Part shown: one piece after another, positions 25,575-39,530 of the stretch
Numbering within the stretch: the stretch's first letter is position 1
Layout: every line of letters starts with the position of its first letter
Source: Chrysomallon squamiferum
Taxonomy: Eukaryota; Animalia; Mollusca
NCBI GenBank assembly: GCA_012295275.1
Contig: CM022665.1
Span: forward strand, 15,376,001-15,440,000
Length of the DNA: 64,000 bases
Direction of reading: 5' to 3'
Translations under genes and position numbers: made by a program
The notes under the pieces: generated by a model
The model's database searches: none
Told to the model about the DNA's origin: nothing
The model's input: the letters and a program-made list of their open reading frames with translations, nothing else

Positions 25575-28345
25575 GCACTGGTTAAATTAACAATAGTTTA
25601 GATGTACCTGCACTGATCGTAATAACAAAATGCATTGTTTTAATTAGTTGTATTTGCACTGGTTAAATTAACAATAGTTTAGATGTACCTGCACTGATCG
25701 TAATAACAAAATGCATTGTTTTAATTAGTTGTATTTGCACTGGTTAAATTAACAATAGTTTAGATGTACCTGCACTGATCGTAATAACAAAATGCATTGT
25801 TTTAATTAGTTGTATTTGCACTGGTTAAATTAACAATAGTTTAGATGTACCTGCACTGATCGTAATAACAAAATGCATTGTTTTAATTAGTTGTATTTGC
25901 ACTGGTTAAATTAACAATAGTTTAGATGTACCTGCACTGATCGTAATAACAAAATGCATTGTTTTAATTAGTTGTATTTGCACTGGTTAAATTAACAATA
26001 GTTTAGATGTACCTGCACTGAGTAATAACAATATGCATTGTTTTAATTAGTTGTATTTGCACAGGTTAAATTAACAATAGTTTAGATGTACCTGCACTGA
26101 TCGTAATAACAATATGCATTGTTTTAATTAGTTGTATTTGCACTGGTTAAATTAACAATAGTTTAGATGTACCTGCACTGATCGTAATAACAATATGCAT
26201 TGTTTTAATTAGTTGTATTTGCACAGGTTAAATTAACAATAGTTTAGATGTACCTGCACTGATCGTAATAACAATATGCATTGTTTTAATTAGTTGTATT
26301 TGCACTGGTTAAATTAACAATAGTTTAGATGTACCTGCACTGATGTAATAACAAAATGCATTGTTTTAATTAGTTGTATTTGCACTGGTTAAATTAACAA
26401 TAGTTTAGATGTACCTGCACTGATCGTAATAACAAAATGCATTGTTTTAATTAGTTGTATTTGCACTGGTTAAATTAACAATAGTTTAGATGTACCTGCA
26501 CTGATCGTAATAACAAAATGCATTGTTTTAATTAGTTGTATTTGCACTGGTTAAATTAACAATAGTTTAGATGTACCTGCACTGATCGTAATAACAATAT
26601 GCATTGTTTTAATTAGTTGTATTTGCACTGGTTAAATTAACAATAGTTTAGATGTACCTGCACTGATCGTAATAACAAAATGCATTGTTTTAATTAGTTG
26701 TATTTGCACTGGTTAAATTAACAATAGTTTAGATGTACCTGCACTGATCGTAATAACAAAATGCATTGTTTTAATTAGTTGTATTTGCACTGGTTAAATT
26801 AACAATAGTTTAGATGTACCTGCACTGATCGTAATAACAAAATGCATTGTGTTAATTAGTTGTATTTGCACTGGTTAAATTAACAATAGTTTAGATGTAC
26901 CTGCACTGATCGTAATAACAAAATGCATTGTTTTAATTAGTTGTATTTGCACAGGTTAAATTAACAATAGTTTAGATGTACCTGCACTGATCGTAATAAC
27001 AATATGCATTGTTTTAATTAGTTGTATTTGCACTGGTTAAATTAACAATAGTTTAGATGTACCTGCACTGATCGTAATAACAAAATGCATTGTTTTAATT
27101 AGTTGTATTTGCACTGGTTAAATTAACAATAGTTTAGATGTACCTGCACTGATCGTAATAACAAAATGCATTGTTTTAATTAGTTGTATTTGCACTGGTT
27201 AAATTAACAATAGTTTAGATGTACCTGCACTGATCGTAATAACAATATGCATTGTTTTAATTAGTTGTATTTGCACTGGTTAAATTAACAATAGTTTAGA
27301 TGTACCTGCACTGATCGTAATAACAAAATGCATTGTTTTAATTAGTTGTATTTGCACTGGTTAAATTAACAATAGTTTAGATGTACCTGCACTGATCGTA
27401 ATAACAAAATGCATTGTTTTAATTAGTTGTATTTGCACTGGTTAAATTAACAATAGTTTAGATGTACCTGCACTGATCGTAATAACAAAATGCATTGTTT
27501 TAATTAGTTGTATTTGCACTGGTTAAATTAACAATAGTTTAGATGTACCTGCACTGATCGTAATAACAAAATGCATTGTTTTAATTAGTTGTATTTGCAC
27601 TGGTTAAATTAACAATAGTTTAGATGTACCTGCACTGATCGTAATAACAAAATGCATTGTTTTAATTAGTTGTATTTGCACTGGTTAAATTAACAATAGT
27701 TTAGATGTACCTGCACTGATCGTAATAACAAAATGCATTGTTTTAATTAGTTGTATTTGCACTGGTTAAATTAACAATAGTTTAGATGTACCTGCACTGA
27801 TCGTAATAACAAAATGCATTGTTTTAATTAGTTGTATTTGCACTGGTTAAATTAACAATAGTTTAGATGTACCTGCACTGATCGTAATAACAAAATGCAT
27901 TGTTTTAATTAGTTGTATTTGCACTGGTTAAATTAACAATAGTTTAGATGTACCTGCACTGATCGTAATAACAAAATGCATTGTTTTAATTAGTTGTATT
28001 TGCACTGGTTAAATTAACAATAGTTTAGATGTACCTGCACTGATCGTAATAACAAAATGCATTGTTTTAATTAGTTGTATTTGCACTGGTTAAATTAACA
28101 ATAGTTTAGATGTACCTGCACTGATCGTAATAACAAAATGCATTGTTTTAATTAGTTGTATTTGCACTGGTTAAATTAACAATAGTTTAGATGTACCTGC
28201 ACTGATCGTAATAACAAAATGCATTGTTTTAATTAGTTGTATTTGCACAGGTTAAATTAACAATAGTTTAGATGTACCTGCACTGATCGTAATAACAATA
28301 TGCATTGTTTTAATTAGTTGTATTTGCACTGGTTAAATTAACAAT
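25575..28345. repeat. 81-bp tandem satellite/minisatellite, 34 full units plus a 20-bp partial unit
   Basis: Unit GCACTGGTTAAATTAACAATAGTTTAGATGTACCTGCACTGATCGTAATAACAAAATGCATTGTTTTAATTAGTTGTATTT, starts at 25575, 25656, ... 28245, 28326. Near-identical copies; stop codons in all six frames. Confidence 0.98.
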
Positions 28346-28815
28346 GTACAATGCACTTGAACGGGAAACCAGCTTTCATCATTAGTCGTACCTGTAACCT
28401 ATCTGTTCGCAATTTCTTTTCTTTATTCGCAACAAGCTGTAGATTGGAAACCGGGTTTTCTTTGACTGTAGGAAATGGCGACAGCACGTTTTAGTTCTTA
28501 ACCTACGAACAATTTATTTCGTGTGTTCATTAAAAATTTTGTTTCGGTATCTGTTTGTGATTCAAGCCAAAATAAAAAAAGTACGCCTCTAAATGACGCA
28601 AAAAATGTACCTTGATGTTACACAATCGACAAATAACTTTTGATATTACTTCTTTCTAATTCTTTTATTTATTTTTTATTCTTTTTTTGTTTTTCCACGG
28701 GCGTTAAACGTACTACATGTGTAATGTTTTTTTTTGTCTCGTGTAGTTGTTAACTTGTGATGCGAAGGCATTTGGCTTGCATTTACAGATACATATATAT
28801 ATAAAATATATATAT

Positions 28816-28848
<33 letters not shown>

Positions 28849-29445
28849 ATATTATAAAAATCTGCTAATGAGTTCATGCATATGCGATCACGGGTAATGT
28901 TCCATTCTGAAATAATAAAACTCAAACGTATTGTAAAACTCTACTCTTTTGTTGGTCTATACTTTGTAAAAAATTAAAACTGAACGAAAAATAAAAAATA
29001 ATAATAATAAAGAAAGAAATAAAATAAAAATAAAAAACCTTTTTTGGGGAGATACCAAAAAATAAAGAATATATATATATATAATAAAAATAATAAAAGT
29101 AATAAAAATAAAAAATAAAATAAAATAAATAAAAAATGAATAAATAATATAAAAATAATAAGAAAAATCTCCTTTCTAAGAAAAGAAAAGAAGAAGAATA
29201 ACAACAGCAAAAATAAAAATAAAATAAAAATAAATTTAAAATATATATATATATAAAATTAAAATAAAATAAAAGTGGAAGTATGCTAAATATGTTTCTT
29301 CATATCGCTTAATTTAGTATTTGCTGATGAACATATGTCAGTCTAGTTGTGAAGAGGTGCATTTATTACAATTTCGGTTCATCGAGAAGTGAAGAATTCG
29401 AACAATGTTACACGAGAAAGAATAAGATTAATGCAATTTTCGTCT

Positions 29446-29483
<38 letters not shown>

Positions 29484-31053
29484 AAATTATAAAAAAGAAA
29501 AATGAACAAAATATTAGTCACATAAGCAAGAAATAAATTATAATTTGAAATACTGAATTTTATAGTTTTGAAACTTGATTTCAATCAAACTCGATTGGAA
29601 TCCTGAGAAATTTCAAACAGCTCTCCTTTTCCTTCGTTGCATGATTAAACCTTTACACATAGACATATTACTGACTGATTTACTAGTGAACTCAATGAAT
29701 AAATTAATAAATTTATATTTATATACATTATTTTTAATATCTATTTCTTTTTTTCTTTCTTTCTTTCTTTCTTTATTCATTTATTTTTATTTTTATTTAA
29801 ATTTAAAAACAAAATTTTTTTTTTTTTTTTTTGGAGTTTTATTATTTAATCAATATAACGTCCAAGTACTCTCATTCTTTCTTGGAAAATGCATTCATTG
29901 CATATTAGCAATAGACAGAACAGTGGATTGTGGGGATCGTTTTGAGTAATCTTCGTTGAAAAACTGTCAAAATATTCGTGTCCCGGACACTCTCTCATTT
30001 ATTCTGGTGCCAGGACGTTTGCTCACCGGGCGTTTTTATAACAGGATTTTATATCTCCCTAAATATTTGCATGTATAATCCAATATGAGTATCAAATTAA
30101 CAGTGATGTTAAAATACAGAGTTAATTTAATAATTGGGATCACCCTCTGCCAGTAATAAAGTTCGACGAAAACACTTGTACAGCTATGGTATGGAACTAT
30201 TAAATTGTGTTAATAATAAAGTTTGGCAACATCACTTGTAAAATGATGCTACCGAACCAACTGAAACATACACAATTTTCTTCTTTTAGATACATTCATT
30301 ACATTAAGTCAGGGATAGAATTTGAAAATTTTGCTGATGTATACTTTTTGTTAGATATTTTCACTGTTTGGAACCAGAATCTTTGACTAGTTTTCTCGTT
30401 CAGATTCCGTCACAATTCAAATTCATTTCTGTAGCGATTGAATAAGTACCAGTTAACTACCTACAGCTAACACTCGTTAAACCATTATCTCTCTGGGTGG
30501 CTCATTCTCGCAATTTTCTCAAATAACAGTATTGACTTAAAGCCAAAGATAACGATTTTCAGACTCAAATTTCTGATCATTTTTCTAAGCAGGTAGTTAG
30601 TAACGAGTATTTGAATCGTACAATACGTAACGATCGTTGAATAATCTTAGCCTCGTTTTGAAATCTGCCAAGAGAAGCCCATGGGGTTAGATAAAACAAC
30701 TAGTCTGCCAATTAGTAGAGCAATTTGGCAGCGAGCTTGGTGAGTTTCGAGTTATTGACAGTTACTGATAACTGTAATTTGTTGCCCTAGAGTTTGAATG
30801 GAACAGCGCGCACGTTAACGAAAGCGTTACGAACTAACTGTAATGTTGTGATGGTGATAAGGCTGAACTATAAATATTACCGTAGTTGTGACTTTTATAA
30901 CAAAACAAAACGTGGGATTTGCCTTTACTGATTTTACTTCATTTCGAACAATGTTACATGAATATTTTAAATCGAAGGGCATATTAATACTAATATATAT
31001 ATATTCAGACATGTGTACAAAAGCATACCTACTTTCAAATTTTGATTACACTA

Positions 31054-31057
<4 letters not shown>

Positions 31058-31130
<73 letters not shown>
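31058..31130. repeat. (CT)n microsatellite
   Basis: Direct reading. Confidence 0.95.
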
Positions 31131-31132
<2 letters not shown>

Positions 31133-32386
31133 GTATATCATCATTTTTCAATCGATCAAACGTAGTGACAGCAAGTTGTTACATTTTTTTTCAATGCATT
31201 TCACACAACATCGTTATCTCGCCATGACAAGATTTACCGAACGTGCTGCTTCAATATAAGTGTATCAGTTTATACGGGATGATCACTAACGACAATGGAC
31301 CGTATCATTTATCTGTCGCATTTGTAAGATATTTTGTAAATCCAGTGACAGCGGCTTGTTATGGACATTGTTTGAGCAGCATGCTGTATATTGCATTAGG
31401 ACAAAAAGAGCGTCAGAAAGATATCGAGTGGTGAAGAGAGCGGCGTTTGTCGTGTTTTTAACGTGTGTCGGATTTAACAATTAGTGTCAGTGTGTGATGT
31501 AAAAATATTCGTGGAAATCGGCGTGTTTTCATCACGCTGGGTTTGAATTTCAGCGAGATGTCAAAATATAGAAACGCGTTCGCTTCATGTTTTGACATTT
31601 GTATTTATTAGATTTAAAAATGTATCATAAAAATAAAGAAATAGGGCTTGCTTGCTTTGCGAGGTGTTAAATTTGTTTTTGAAAATGTTTTCTTTATTAT
31701 GTAGTACCTCTTGTTACAATAAAGAGAGAGAGAAAAGTTTTTTAGAATGTCCAAAGCGTCATATTGTGCTTTGTAAAGTTTTGAAACCTTGATCAAAACT
31801 TTAAAAAAATACTCATAGGTTTATGCATGTATTTAGGTATCTACATGTGTACGTTTGTTTGTATGTTCGAACGTATGTAAATATGTACGTATACGCATGT
31901 ACATATTTGTGCATGTATGTACATATTTGAGTATATGAATTTATGCATGTTATTTGGGTGTATACACGTGTGTTGACATTAGTTCAAAGACTTAATTTAT
32001 GGACATCATGCAATTTCAGTTTTATTACTTCAGTTTATCGACACAGAAGAAAAACTCGGAATTCACCATTTGAATTTAATTAACGTAACCGAAAGATTTT
32101 CCTTTTCAGTCATCTCGGTTAACTGATCGCTGACAGTGCAAAAAGAAAGTAATAAATCACGAAAGTATTACTAAAACTTGATCGCTGACAGTACAGTACA
32201 AATAAGTAAATAAACTGCAGGGCCAAGTAAAATAAATAGAATGACAAAGGATACCGTATTTCACGTAGTTAATTTTGATTTTGTGTCTGCGAAAACGCAG
32301 AGTGAAAATCATTAAAATTGTGATTAATGTAAGAGAATGTATGTCTACATTTTTAATCTTGTAAGCCATTTCTGTTCGTTTCTCCA

Positions 32387-32528
<142 letters not shown>

Positions 32529-32671
32529 ATTTGTTTCTTCTCTTATGTTTTATCTTATATTTTCTTTTCTTATTTACACTTTTCATAACGGGTATACATA
32601 GAGAAAAAGAATTGTAAATTACTGTCATATTTCTCGTCATTCATTCTGTTCCATGCGACTCTACTTCAAGA

Positions 32672-32710
<39 letters not shown>

Positions 32711-33064
32711 AAATAAAACCCCACATGGTTTCCAGATCCGATCTGAACTTAACACCAAAAAGGGGCGTCTCTCTAAAGACACCTTCATTTTACTGAAAAC
32801 CATTATAATAACTTGTAATATTAATCGTCTTTGGAAAAAAAAGTGTTAAGTAGTTAAGTGCAGGTAAACTGTTGTTATTGTAGAAGTGCTCCAGGGCGGA
32901 CCCATCCTTGGGGATACAAGGGAATAATCATTATACGGCTAGGGTCAATGGCGAGATGATCCTCGTTCTTTTGTTTGGGAAATAAGGCAGGAACACCTGC
33001 TGTGGACGAAGTCAAACGGGAGGTGTAAAGTATGTGGCGCTTTGAAGGTCAATGACATGTACAG

Positions 33065-33069
<5 letters not shown>

Positions 33070-33123
<54 letters not shown>
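33070..33123. repeat. (AAT)n microsatellite
   Basis: Direct reading. Confidence 0.95.
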
Positions 33124-33124
<1 letters not shown>

Positions 33125-34367
33125 GACAGTTATGGTATTTACAATGGTTTATTAGGATGTGATATCTTGATATTGATATTCTGTGTCAAACATGATAAAA
33201 TCATTTTAAGAATGTAGAGAATATAAATTTATTTCTTATGCTTAATAAGGCACTTGACACATAAATTAAAACAACAACAACAACGACAACAAAATGTCCC
33301 TTACATATGTCAACGCTAAAAGTTAGTAAAACGAATTAAATAAATCAACTTAAGCAGACCACTGCCAGAGATGTTTAACTAAATAAGTTTTAAAAATCAG
33401 ATACATTTAGATTAATAAATAACTTACCTCAAACATATCAGTGAAGACTCAATTAGTTAGGATAAATATGTCATGTATCCTTGCACCATAGCAACATAAA
33501 TCATGTTTTGTATAAGATTTACGTCGTTTTATTTTTTTACTTACTGTTTATTTTCTTTGTTTTAACACAGTAAACAGGTTATTTACTGACATTAGCAAAA
33601 AAAAAGAAAAAAAAAAGAAGACAACAACAACAGCAACATATTAATAATAATAATGAGAAGAAAACGACAATCAATAAGTGTATGACGTCACGGTTATTGT
33701 TTTTTTATTTCTTATTTTCTTTAACTGACTATGTTATTCAGTATACACAGCTGCACACGCAGTAACACAAATAGAAGGAAGGAAACAAGTAACAGAGTGA
33801 GCTAGCGAGCAAGCCACACAGACAAACAGGCACACAGCCATCTACACCCCAACACACAATCATAAATTACAAAACTATTTCACATCCATGAATGCTGTCA
33901 TCGGCCACAACCTCGTTCTGAATCACAAGCCGGAAATTATCACGTCATAATCCGCAATAATCCACTATTATCGTGTATAAGACGAAGGTTTTGGTGGGTG
34001 TATAGGAGATTATCCTTTGTTACACCTCTTTGTGACGGTCAAACACTTGCTAGGGTATTTGGTCCAACTCTTAATGTAACTGGACAAAACAAATTTAATG
34101 AAGTTTATTTTTATTTTTTATCCCGATAGGTTTTTTTTTTTTTTTTTTCCTTTCTTGGCCAAAGGTACTCTGTTTTGTTGAATATCAGTGGAAATTAATA
34201 TTCTGTTTTGTGTAAAATAATTAACAGCATAGAAAGCCGAATTTGTTTGGTAACATTAAGGCTTGGGAATGGAATGTGACGAAATTATTATAAAAGCAGA
34301 ATAAAGGTTAAAAAGAGTTTTGTGAAAAAGAGACAGAGAGCAAGACTGATAGATAGACATATATATG

Positions 34368-34370
<3 letters not shown>

Positions 34371-34457
<87 letters not shown>
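34371..34457. repeat. (AG)n microsatellite
   Basis: Direct reading. Confidence 0.95.
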
Positions 34458-34460
<3 letters not shown>

Positions 34461-37400
34461 TCGACGGGCTATCCTAATCAGTAACCTGTAAAATGGTTGT
34501 TATAAAGGGAAATAGCTCGTAAAAATTACGTACCTGTCTATATCAGCTACTGTTACTCTTTGTTATTTCATATCTGTACTACAATATTTTGTGTCGAAAA
34601 CGTTCGTATTTAGATTCCACAAGTATTTACATAATTTCTCTTTCTTTTCACCACCCGAGAAAATCTTTGGAGTCGGCACGTAGGCCCGTGCACCCAGTGT
34701 AAAAACATGCTCAGTATGTTGTGTATATTTCTTGTAAACAAACATAGCGTGTCTTGTCTTTCTCGTCTCGAACATTTGCCTTTTGTCGTTGTTACAAATT
34801 CGGAATCAATGGTAGAAAGCTCGGCAATATCCGTGTCTCTTCGTACCGCTTTCTGTAGACTGAGTGACTGAGTTGTGTTACGTTTACACAAAAGCGTTGG
34901 AAGTTATGTCGATTATCATAATACATATTTGGTTTGTTTTGTTTCTTTTCGTTTTATATGTATTTTATATTGCTTTCTTCTTTTTACTGTTTGAATTGTT
35001 ATATATATATATATATATATATATCTGTGTGTGTGTGTGTGTGTGTGTAGGTGTGTGTGTGTGTGTTTTAATAGAAAGGTTATGAAGACAAAGGTAGGGT
35101 GGAGAGAGGAAGAGAGAGAAAGAGAGAGAAAGAAGAAGAGAAAAATATAATAATTTAAAAATAAATAAATAAAATAAAGTAAAATAAATAAAGTTCACTA
35201 AAAATATGTATTGTATCTCATACTTTATTTTCAACTTACAAACTAACATGAAACCATACTAACTGAAGTGGATATGGATAATTACAGCATGAATTCACAA
35301 TACGAAATAAAAACATCTACCTTAGCCAGACAGTTTTATCCAAGAAACATGACTCTAGTGTTACAATTGAAGCTGCTGTTATAATTTATTATTATTATTA
35401 TTATTATTTTTAATATTAAAATTAGTTAGTGAATAAAACATTCACAGGTGCGTAAGTTATCACATTTTGAAACCAGTTTTTCTTTCTTCTGTCTCGAAGT
35501 TCCCATCAGTTGCAAAAATTACATATCCGACATTTTTCTCTGGTTTGCTGCGAGTATTTTAGCTTTTGCTGGCTTCGTTGATATGTTTGTTTGCCCTTTT
35601 TCCTTACCTGCTTCTACACAAAGGTTACAAGCTGTAATTGCCGCCATTTCATAGTGCGACACCTACATGTGTGGTTCATACACGGTGTCGAAGTAACTAT
35701 TTTCGCTATGTGCGCTTGTTTTTTCCTTTGTAGAATGTAGTCTCGGTAATTTATTTCTTCACTCCTGACAAAGGTGCTGTGCAAATGTACGTCGTAATTT
35801 ACAATATATAGAGTGTTAAACCTTGGGTTCGAGTGTGCGTGCGCGGATGTATGTGTATGTATGCAGACATGCGAATTATATATGATATGATATGATGTTA
35901 CGTTGTGTTGTATTATATTATATTATATATTAAACAACACATATTACGAGATCTCCATCACTATCATTATCAATTTCTACAACAACAACAACAACAAAAA
36001 AAAATGAAACTAAAATTCTCACATCACTATTATTACGAAGTTTCTTCTCACACGGGATGATGTTAACCGAGTAATGCCGAGCTATATACGAAAACAGCCG
36101 ACATCAGAAACTTGACATCGAGCGTTACCAATTAGTTCCCTAATAGAAAACCTTTTAGCTGACCTGTAGAAAACCTCCAAGGATTGGGAATATTTTGATG
36201 ATCTCACATTGCTCACGGTTATAGAGGTGACACGGATTGCTGTCCAGGGCGTGAAGTACGAGAACAGGTGAGAGGATGTCAAAAATGGAATTTGAAAGTC
36301 GACCGAAACGATGATGTTTATCGTGTGTGAAATATAACATTTCCACCTCTCTCTGCCCCTCTCTTTCTCTCATCAACCTATTAATTTATAGACAAAGAAA
36401 AAGAAAAAAAAATCATCGAGAGAGAGGGGGCCGAGGGGGAGAAGTAGGGGGAGAGAGAAAGAGAGGTAAATGAAGCTCTCTCTCTTTATGATTTCTTTTA
36501 TATTTTTCTTTCTCCATTATGCGTTTATGTTTCGTGTTTTGAATAGATGTTAAAATGCGGCTCCGACAATTATCTCATTATAGTCATATTTCTGTATTAA
36601 CTTTTGCAGAAGTTCCACGAGGAGATCCTTCAGTTTTGAAAGATATGACCTTAAAACGAAACGAATTTTTAGTTATTAAGAAAAATATCTGTTAGCAAAA
36701 AAAATAAAAATAATAATAGGCATATGAACGTGTACCGGTTGCACACTCCTCTCCTCCTTTGGATCCGCGCCTGGAAATAATATATATCATGGCAGGTTTG
36801 TCTTGGAATTTGATTCACGGATAACACCCGTGTTTATGTTAATAAGTGTAGATAATCGCAGCCTTGACGTGCATGTTAATATTGTTTTAATGAACTTTCA
36901 GTCTCGTGTGTTGATTGTGGGTGGACAACATGCCAATCAGACGTTCAAGTGCTTGCCGCGCGTTTCTTCTCTTCACTGTGAAGTTGCATAATAAAGGAGT
37001 CTGGAGAACATAATTAAGCCCAATGAATAATAATGACAAAAACAGCTTTAATTTAAAAAGATTTAAAAACCTACAGATTTAATATGTAGTATTCGATTAT
37101 GCAGATGGAATAATTACTGAGGTTTCAGATCTGGTCATAACAGTTATAAACTTTATCATACGGATGAATTATGATATATACTAGCGCGAGATATTATTCA
37201 TTATTTGGTTAAGCCAAGCAAACTGACAGTTTCTAATGTTGCATGAAAGACATTTCAAACAAATCTATATTTTACAAAACTTCATAATACGAATCTAATA
37301 TTAGTATTGTATTATCATTTTGTTTTAACATTACATTACATTGCATTGCTTTAGATTAGATTAGATTACATTGCATTACATTATATAACAATTATAGCCT

Positions 37401-37752
37401 AAGTAAATATTTTCACATTGAGTTTAACACGTATTGTACATTATCAGCACAAAACAAATAGTTCATCGCCACAGTTACTGTTTTCAGCAGCGACAATAAA
37501 ATTCAAATAAATCCAATTTATCAATTTATAATAACACAAAAGCGAAGGAGCACTTATTAATGCACATCATTTAGCGAAAAAGATCCGTGACTCAGTCTAC
37601 GGAGTCACAACACAAATGTTCTCTTGCACTCGCTAAAGTTGTCTGTATTATTTAGAGAAAGAGTCTTTGGCACATCTAAATTGATAGTGATGACTGTACA
37701 ATTTATAAAATGATATTACAAACGGGCCCCTACCTAGCACTCACTAAAGTAT

Positions 37753-37800
<48 letters not shown>

Positions 37801-38484
37801 TTCTTATTTGTGAAACAGATCCCATTGCTCGGCTAAACTTCCTAAACAGAAAAATCACGATAACAAAATGCACAATATAAAGGAATCCTGTCTCTGGTAA
37901 GATTTCTAAATTTACAAAAGCAGCAGTAAAATCTGCTAATGTTTCAAAACTGTTAACAAGAACTACACGATTTATAAAAATCGTTAAAATAAACGAACCC
38001 AAAGCAGTCGCTGTAATACAGTTATTATTCCACTACAAATACAAAAACAGCAAAATCCATGACACTCTTCGTCGTTCGAACGTTAGGATCAGAATGTGTG
38101 TTGGTAACCTTGACTAACTGTATAACACACTGCACATGGTGAAGCCTACTGAGGTTTAACGACAAAAAGGTACATGTTATTCCCGTGTCTGATCCGGGAA
38201 ACCGAGAACCATCAACACGATTGTTGCTTGAACAAGTGGCTTCTGCTTATCCTGGAAATTGTCGCCGCTGGGTGGTATTAGTCCGAGACCATTTCGTTTC
38301 GTGCTTTTGTTATTCTGTTGTTTCTGCGCCGTCCCCGAAACGAGGACCACGTGTTCATCAGAAGAATTCGATCCAAAACGTTTGTGTTTTCCCATGTAGT
38401 GGACAATATTTAACATGTGTGATAATAATACTGGACGTTCATATGCGTGGTGAGACACGAGGAAATGGGAAGGGAAAAAAAAGG

Positions 38485-38491
<7 letters not shown>

Positions 38492-38578
<87 letters not shown>

Positions 38579-38597
38579 AAGAGAGAGAGAGAGAGAA
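38492..38597. repeat. (AG)n microsatellite
   Basis: Direct reading. Confidence 0.95.
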
Positions 38598-39483
38598 GGA
38601 AGGAAGGAAGGATAAATCAACAAGAGCAAATAGAGAATATGTCATTCAAAGTTTAAAAGTTAGTGAAAACGCTTTCTTTCGGTTTCTGTAAACTAGACAT
38701 TTTATCCATCATCTTACACTGAATATTAGTTACTGTTTTATTTATTTTTATTTCTGTACAATCGTCGTAAAAAAATATGTTCAATTACTGTAACTGTCAG
38801 ACTTTATTGGAGTCTTTCATTAATAGAATTTAGAATAAGAAAAAGGAAAGTTACATTTTTTAAAAAAGAAGCTCATTTAATTAGAAAAAATATATTTATA
38901 TATTTCTTTCGTTTTTTCATACCAGTTCTTTGTTCCATATTATTCTAAAACTCTTTTTTCTTTAATTTAATTTTTATTTTATATTTATTGTATAAGACTA
39001 AAGGCGCAACTTCCATTTAAAATAATAATTAACTTAATTTGTAATCGAAATAAATAGAAAAAAAAAATAAAATAAAAAATCAATCAAGGACAAAAAATCC
39101 CAGGGAGTCATTAAAACAATTCAAATTCAGATTTTTTTTTTTTTTTTTTAATTCGTTAAAGCTGTAATTTATGACGTTAAAAAAAGATACTGAGAGCGCT
39201 CTTTTATTCCTGAATTTTCGTCCGAAGTTCATACTAGAGGAATAGTTTAAGCAGATTTTCATAATAGAGGAACGGATGATGGATAAGACAGAGAGATGCT
39301 GATTTGGAAACTGAACAGTTAGCTCTGTATCAATAAAAATTTCTTAAGACAATATACAGTTATTTCTTTGTTGTCGCTATATACATCAAATAGTTCTTAA
39401 ATACAACAATTTATTATTATTATTACTTTTTTAATGAATACGGTCTTTTAAGATCGAAACCCTCTATTCAATTCTAAAAAAAT

Positions 39484-39530
<47 letters not shown>

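Noticed and set aside
25575-28345. CRISPR-like array or repeat-encoded 27-aa protein
   Set aside because: Units are contiguous and near-identical with no unique spacers. No cas genes, eukaryotic context, and stop codons in all six frames of the unit.
31345-31356. GTGACAGCGGCT identical to the 3' part of miR-210
   Set aside because: The seed region is absent and there is no hairpin.
34563-34891. Two overlapping minus-strand ORFs as continuation exons of the 35608-35647 mini-exon
   Set aside because: Weak acceptor, no recognisable protein family, and no consistent exon chain could be built.
36550-36775. MITE ending in GGATCCGCGCCTG
   Set aside because: Only one plausible terminus; no convincing partner TIR or TSD.
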